From NCBI GenBank assembly GCA_035389185.1, contig DAOORK010000001.1:829881-893880 (forward strand): 64,000 nt of DNA, in the 5' to 3' direction. Positions 59,626 through 64,000 of the stretch are shown one piece after another. Both the position numbers and the translations under genes were made by a program. Under the pieces are notes generated by a model. The model had not been told where the DNA came from. It saw nothing but the letters and a program-made list of their open reading frames with translations, and made no database searches. The DNA comes from Candidatus Woesebacteria bacterium. Lineage in GTDB: Bacteria; Patescibacteriota; Microgenomatia; UBA1400; MFAQ01. Numbering within the stretch: the first letter of the stretch is position 1; every line of letters starts with the position of its first letter.

Positions 59626-60072
59626 ATGGTAAATCGACCGTTTCAAATGGAAGACGAACTAGCAAGATTGATCTCCGGTTTGAAACCGGAGACAGAGATC
59701 ATGTCATTTGCCAGCGAAGACAAGTGGTTTCAGCAGATACTGGGAATGGCGGCGACTCAAGGTTTGCTCTCCGAGGTGGAAAAGATAACCTTTGAAGTTC
59801 AGACTCACTATGAGTTCGACAGCCTCAAAAATTTCTCCCGGGGTGGCTTTGTAGCAGTATTTCTACCACGGTTTTATATTATCCTCATTGAAGATGGGAA
59901 ACGAAATGATTTTACGGTACGCAATCCACGTTACTACAATGATTTGGTAGAAATTACCGAGAAGCCGATCGTAGAAACCGATATCCCCGACGTTGAGGAA
60001 GTGGGTGTTTGTACTCTTGATTTTTTTTGCAATACGCTTGAAAAGGGCAAGATCTGGAGACTAAGTAAATAG
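59626..60072 (+). CDS. Hypothetical protein, paralog of 60148..60606
   Basis: 148 aa. SRLISGLKP and GGFVAVFLPRFY align with SRLILGLLWP and GGWKAVFVPYIQ in the next gene. Leader TACAAT-N11-ACTTTAATATTAGGAGG. Confidence 0.6.
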   Translation: MVNRPFQMEDELARLISGLKPETEIMSFASEDKWFQQILGMAATQGLLSEVEKITFEVQTHYEFDSLKNFSRGGFVAVFLPRFYIILIEDGKRNDFTVRNPRYYNDLVEITEKPIVETDIPDVEEVGVCTLDFFCNTLEKGKIWRLSK

Positions 60073-60147
60073 TCTGTTTAGACCTCGAGGAATCGGGGTC
60101 TTTTTTGGTATACAATACTGGTTTAAGAACCTTAAAAAGGAGGAACG

Positions 60148-60606
60148 ATGAGTGAGTTAAATATGGAGATTCGTCTTTCACGACTGATTCTAGGCTTGTT
60201 GTGGCCATGTACAGTAGATAAGAAAGTTTTCAAAAATGATCAAGAGTATTCTCTACTTGCCGCAGAAGCCAAGGAAGAGAATAATGAGCCGAAGTGCGGT
60301 GCGGCCTATTTTTACCTCCGAATGGGATATTGTCTGAAAGGTTTTGAGGCTAAAAACGGTGGCTGGAAAGCGGTGTTTGTGCCATATATTCAAACCTGCA
60401 GACTGTATGACGGTTGTAAAACGGTTAACTTGGATAGTCATATCTCAGAGGACGCGGTGTCAGCACTAATACCTCTTCTTGGTATGGAAACTGAGACGTG
60501 TATGGACATTCCCAGAGTTGAACAGCTACCACTGTCACACATAGACTCCCAAGGTTATGTCATTGAGGAAGAAGAAAAATACTGGAGAATAGCTGACACA
60601 AGATAA
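60148..60606 (+). CDS. Hypothetical protein, paralog of 59626..60072
   Basis: 152 aa. Leader TACAAT-N12-ACCTTAAAAAGGAGG. A matching CCTCGAGGAATCGGGGTC(T)n terminator follows each of the two paralogs. Confidence 0.6.
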   Translation: MSELNMEIRLSRLILGLLWPCTVDKKVFKNDQEYSLLAAEAKEENNEPKCGAAYFYLRMGYCLKGFEAKNGGWKAVFVPYIQTCRLYDGCKTVNLDSHISEDAVSALIPLLGMETETCMDIPRVEQLPLSHIDSQGYVIEEEEKYWRIADTR

Positions 60607-60654
60607 ATTGTGACCCTGAGGAATCGGGGTCTTTTTTTGGAGAAAATAGGGGAC

Positions 60655-60903
60655 TTAGGAGTTATTGGGGCTGGGGTTCATGCCAAGCATCCAAAGAACC
60701 TGTTCTTTTTTGTAGCGGCGGTCTCCTCGGGAATTGATGCGGATAGCCGGGAGTTTGCCGCGTTTGCCCCAGCGTTTGAGGGTAAGAGTGGAGACACGGA
60801 GGATTTCGGCGACTTCGGAGACAGTCAGAAGGTCGGGAAGATCGTTGAGATTTAATTCTCTCTTGGTTGGTTTAACGATTGGGTTTTGGTCTTGATTGTC
60901 CAT
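60655..60903 (-). CDS. Excisionase-family / MerR-like HTH DNA-binding protein (HTH_17-like)
   Basis: LLTVSEVAEILRVSTLTLKRWGKRGKLPAIRINSRGDRRYKKEQV matches the excisionase/Xis-type helix-turn-helix pattern. Confidence 0.65.
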   Translation of the reverse strand: MDNQDQNPIVKPTKRELNLNDLPDLLTVSEVAEILRVSTLTLKRWGKRGKLPAIRINSRGDRRYKKEQVLWMLGMNPSPNNS

Positions 60904-61444
60904 GTCTGATACACAAGTTAACAGATAGTTTTAGTAACGTCAAGGGGAAGTTTTGCACATCCCATTGACATTTATATCTTTGTGTGGTATATTATAAGTC
61001 TTCCCAATGGGAATGCACCTTGATCGTAATCCAAACAGTTCCCCAAATTAACCTGCGCCGGGGAGAAAGGGAATCGATGTTCACCTGACTTTAGGGATGG
61101 GGTGACGCCCCGTACACTAGTCAACTGAAAAAAATAAGTGAAGAAGATCCCTGTTTTTGGCCAACCGGAGGGCACAGATCGCCCTAAGGCCAAAAAAAAT
61201 AAAGCAGAAACCGCTTTATGGCTGGGTAAGGTATATTCCTGCCAGGCCACACACTCTAAAATAAAGGAGTTCTAAGTGCGAAGATTTCTTCTGCTTTTCC
61301 TTCGGCGCTCATTGCGCCCAGTTTAACCTTAAGTACAGCGCATACACAGAGATTACGAAAAAACAAATTGTTGCATCAGGCCCCCGAAAGGGGGCTTTCG
61401 TTTGGCAAAAAACCCACCCTTTTGGGGTGGGTTTGACGTTTGAT

Positions 61445-62263
61445 TTACATCTTTGCTGAGGGTGTAATGTCCATGACGTTTTGATAGGCTTTGTTGACGG
61501 CCTCGAAATCAAACTTTTCTTTACTGGTGGGAACATTGAGGGCTTCAGAGACTTCCTTTTTTGCAGTGTTGAAGTGCGTGAGCTTGTTGAGGGGATTTTG
61601 ACGAACAAAGTGAAGGAAGTTTCCGATAATACGATTGCCCATATCAACGTTCTCTCGAATATTTTCGTTGATGGCAAGAGCCTGTTCCGTGGCTTTCTCG
61701 ACCAACTCAATTGCTTGACGGCAGGTTTTGAGACGTTTGGTTTTCTCCCAGGGAGAGATGGTCAAGCTGAGCGGGGAGATGAACTCCAGACGTTTTTTTG
61801 CCTCGACCATTTCACGACGATATCTGTAGGGTACTTTCTCATCGATGAGCTTGATTCCATTTTTGATGAGAGAACGGAGCTCTTCTTCGGTTTTCCAGAT
61901 GACGTAGTTGGTGACGTAAGGGGAAATATCCTTCTCGGTGAAGTCCAATTTCGAATCGATCTCGATGGCGGAAGCATAAATATCCTTGGTGAGGCTCAGC
62001 CATGACTGGAAGTTGAGAAGGTCTTCGAGTGGCTTGGTGGCACAGTAGATGGCCACAAGAAGAACTTTCCCAGCTTCTTGCTCGTCATAGCCGGCATATG
62101 GCCTGGCGCTGATTTGGGTAGGCCCTTCGGATTCAAGCTTGACAACATGATCTTGGAAACGATCGTTTCTGAGAATATCATAGACTTTTTCCTCGAGCTC
62201 TCGAGGCAAAACAGTCTGCCAAATATTGCAGAAGAGTTTAACAGCGGGTTTGAAATCTGACAT
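61445..62263 (-). CDS. Hypothetical protein
   Basis: 272 aa. Upstream is AGTACGTTAAAAGGAG, a leader-motif variant. Downstream are two tandem terminator hairpins (CCCACCC..GGGTGGG plus T-tract; GCCCCC-TTTC-GGGGGC). Confidence 0.6.
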   Translation of the reverse strand: MSDFKPAVKLFCNIWQTVLPRELEEKVYDILRNDRFQDHVVKLESEGPTQISARPYAGYDEQEAGKVLLVAIYCATKPLEDLLNFQSWLSLTKDIYASAIEIDSKLDFTEKDISPYVTNYVIWKTEEELRSLIKNGIKLIDEKVPYRYRREMVEAKKRLEFISPLSLTISPWEKTKRLKTCRQAIELVEKATEQALAINENIRENVDMGNRIIGNFLHFVRQNPLNKLTHFNTAKKEVSEALNVPTSKEKFDFEAVNKAYQNVMDITPSAKM

Positions 62264-62458
62264 TTATTACTCCTTTTAACGTACTGGGTATGGTTTCCTG
62301 CCTGGTGGGCAGGTTGGACGCCTTTTCCGGCGATTGGGGGTATTGTATCCTATAACGAAAGATGTGTCAAGAAACTTGTCAACAAAAAACCCGCTCAAGC
62401 GAGCGGGTTCTTTGGTTGCGGATTCAATCCGCCTAAGGCGGATTTCGTTAAAGATAGA

Positions 62459-62836
62459 TTACTTTAACTCAACTTTGGCACCGGCCTCTTCAAGCTTAGC
62501 TTTGGCGGCTTCGGCGTCTTCTTTTTTGGCACCTTCAAGAACAGTTGCGGGAGCTTTTTCGACCAAGTTTTTGGCTTCAACCAAACCGAGGTCGGTTTTG
62601 ATCTCACGAACGGCTTTGATAACGGCGATTTTGTTAGCACCGGCTTCGGCGATAACAACGTCAAATTCGGTCTTTTCCTCTGCAGGAGCAGCGGCAGCAG
62701 CTACGGCGGCGCCAGCTACGGCGACGGGAGCAGCGGTAACACCGAATTTTTCTTCTAACGCTTTGACGAGTTCAGCAACTTCCAAAACGGAGAGTTCACT
62801 GATCTGGTCGACGAGTTTTTGAACTTTGTCGGACAT
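62459..62836 (-). CDS. rplL: 50S ribosomal protein L7/L12
   Basis: [33 protein letters not shown], an Ala-rich hinge, and a C-terminal [25 protein letters not shown]. Confidence 0.95.
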   Translation of the reverse strand: MSDKVQKLVDQISELSVLEVAELVKALEEKFGVTAAPVAVAGAAVAAAAAPAEEKTEFDVVIAEAGANKIAVIKAVREIKTDLGLVEAKNLVEKAPATVLEGAKKEDAEAAKAKLEEAGAKVELK

Positions 62837-62870
62837 TTTTGTTTTTGTTATTTATAATTTACGAGACTAA

Positions 62871-63395
62871 TTAAACAGACAATTTGGTTTTTAGGGCATC
62901 CAAACCATAGACGAGATTTTGCATAGGAGCGGAAAGTTGGCGAACCAGTCCTTGAGCGGGAGCTTGTAGCTGAGCCATAAGTTTCCCAAGGAGCTCTTCG
63001 TAGGAAGGAAGTTTGGAAAGAGCAGAGATGTCGGCGATGGTGATAACTTTGTCATCCATAATACCAGTTTTGATCTTGAGCTTATCGTGATCTTCCTGGA
63101 ACTTGGTAAGGGTCTTAGCGGCGGAAACAGCATCGGCACCAAAGAGGACGGCGGTTGGGCCATTGAGAAAAGAGTCGAGAGTGTCGGCGAGTTCCTTGGA
63201 CTTGTCTTTGAGAGCGAGACGAAGAAGGTTGTTTTTGGTGACAAAGAAACTGGAGTTGGTTTTCTCGGCTTCAGCACGGAGAATATTTTGTTCCGCGACA
63301 GTTAGACCGGCGTACTCGGTGAGAATAACAGCTTTGGATTCAGCTAGAGATTTGGTGATCTCAGCCAGCTGATGGACATTTTTTTGACTAGGCAT
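62871..63395 (-). CDS. rplJ: 50S ribosomal protein L10
   Basis: The start is set to the ATG at 63395 (MPSQKNVHQLAEITKSLAESKAVILTEYAGLTVAEQNILR...). It lies immediately upstream of rplL. Confidence 0.85.
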   Translation of the reverse strand: MPSQKNVHQLAEITKSLAESKAVILTEYAGLTVAEQNILRAEAEKTNSSFFVTKNNLLRLALKDKSKELADTLDSFLNGPTAVLFGADAVSAAKTLTKFQEDHDKLKIKTGIMDDKVITIADISALSKLPSYEELLGKLMAQLQAPAQGLVRQLSAPMQNLVYGLDALKTKLSV

Positions 63396-63651
63396 GTTGT
63401 TTATTTTATTTGATTTAATTACGAAAAAGGCTCCATTCCAAGAAGAGCCAGTGAGTCGGTTCTGCAAGGGGCTTAGTGATCGCCCTTGGTCTTGGAACTA
63501 TCAGTATTATACATGAGAAGTCGGGAAGTGCAAGGACTTGATGTGAACTGAGGAAATCCATAGTTGACTTGCAAAACTGTTATAGGTTTGCTAGAATACG
63601 GCCATTAAAGGTAAAGCGAAAGCGAACCTTAATATATTATCGTTACGGAGG

Positions 63652-63903
63652 ATGATCTTGAGTAGCAAAGGCTCAAACCCAGTTGTCGAAAGTCCCGATA
63701 TCGTGGAGGTTCTAAGCCACGACCAAAACACAGTTTTAAACTGGATCTCGGTTCAGGGGTCAGGTGTCACTTATATTCGGGATAAAGCAAAAAGGTTAGG
63801 GGTGGAAAAGCCGTTGTCTGTAATAAAAGAACTGATCGATCTTGGTCTTGTTGGGAAGACGAAAGACAGGGAGGGGATTGATATTTTAGAAAGATTAAGG
63901 TAG
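63652..63903 (+). CDS. Small hypothetical protein
   Basis: 83 aa. GGAGG is adjacent to the ATG, and an in-frame TTG at 63658 is an alternative start. A GTGCCCTCGGCAATGCCGAGGGC(T)n terminator follows. There is an upstream promoter TTGCAA-17-TAGAAT. Confidence 0.5.
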   Translation: MILSSKGSNPVVESPDIVEVLSHDQNTVLNWISVQGSGVTYIRDKAKRLGVEKPLSVIKELIDLGLVGKTKDREGIDILERLR

Positions 63904-64000
63904 AAGAGTGCCCTCGGCAATGCCGAGGGCTTTTTTAATGGCAAGAGTTGCAAAATAAAGCTATTTGTGATATATTATGGGTTTAAGATTCACGAAAGCT

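Noticed and set aside
60610-60855. 81-aa + strand ORF
   Set aside because: It is fully antisense to the HTH/excisionase-like gene, which has a clear HTH motif. No RBS.
60972-61250. 92-aa minus-strand ORF in the 60904-61444 gap
   Set aside because: Unusual composition (W/F/P-rich), no RBS, and it overlaps the plus-strand promoter. It is kept only as part of the unassigned-region finding.
60904-61444. tmRNA, RNase P RNA or SRP RNA in the large non-coding gaps (also 54771..56193)
   Set aside because: None of the signature motifs were found on either strand: the tmRNA tag frame with a tRNA-like 3' end, the RNase P GGAAAGTCCGG/ACAGAA blocks, or the SRP domain IV GGAAGCAGCC.
62334-62822. 162-aa Ala-rich ORF on the + strand
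   Set aside because: It is antisense to the unmistakable rplL gene. The composition reflects the Ala/Glu/Lys-rich L7/L12 codons on the other strand.
1-64000. CRISPR arrays, integrase or transposase genes, rRNA genes
   Set aside because: There are no regularly spaced direct repeats with unique spacers. No ORF has recombinase or transposase catalytic motifs. The only integrase-like signal is the non-catalytic SAM-like domain pair in the giant protein.

Overview
This is a low-GC, gene-dense bacterial window whose gene content suggests a small-genome episymbiont (CPR/Patescibacteria-like); this lineage guess is inference. Evidence for it: dispersed natural-transformation genes (type IV pilin, comEA, split comEC, dprA, comM/yifB), two giant Gly-rich/FN3-rich surface proteins (1959 and 3083 aa) next to the pilin, and many lineage-specific hypotheticals.

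Recognisable housekeeping genes:
- obg
- mreB
- ndk
- rplJ and rplL
- LysM-M23 peptidase
- M16 peptidase
- FkbM methyltransferase
- WecB/TagA-family glycosyltransferase
- YraN (UPF0102) endonuclease
- a nucleoside 2-deoxyribosyltransferase-like gene

RNA genes: tRNA-Ala(CGC), tRNA-Ala(GGC), a degenerate or chimeric second tRNA-Ala(CGC), tRNA-Pro(CGG) and tRNA-Arg(CCT).

The most notable observations are:
1. Two ~150-nt paralogous structured non-coding elements upstream of dprA and ndk, with compensatory base changes in two hairpins.
2. A GIY-YIG endonuclease gene embedded among tRNA-Pro and pseudo-tRNA debris in which a 15-nt palindrome (GTCGCCTAAGGCGAC) sits at the anticodon-arm position; the same palindrome occurs in a pseudo-tRNA-Arg copy and beside the rplL terminator.
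3. An inverted tRNA-Ala duplication flanking an HTH/LAGLIDADG-like ORF.
4. A genome-wide promoter-leader cassette (-10 box, ~12 nt, GAAC[C/T]TTAA, SD) seen at 11 or more genes, and a separate set of leaderless genes with TACAAT 6-9 nt upstream of the start codon.
5. A tandem array of three paralogous genes plus a Cys-rich/small gene pair, each with near-identical promoter-leader cassettes.
6. A four-gene tandem paralogous lipoprotein array with repeated terminator-promoter cassettes.
7. A five-gene surface-protein operon built like a WxL/DUF916 cell-surface cluster, flanked by intergenic regions with a recurring TGCGGAAA motif.
8. A giant surface protein whose cytoplasmic N-terminus has two tandem tyrosine-recombinase-like SAM/core-binding domains.
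9. A 1.4-kb AT-rich gene-free region with iteron-like GGGGTAT repeats.

No CRISPR array, integrase, transposase or rRNA gene was found. All functional assignments come from motif recognition by eye and need confirmation by HMM or BLAST searches.
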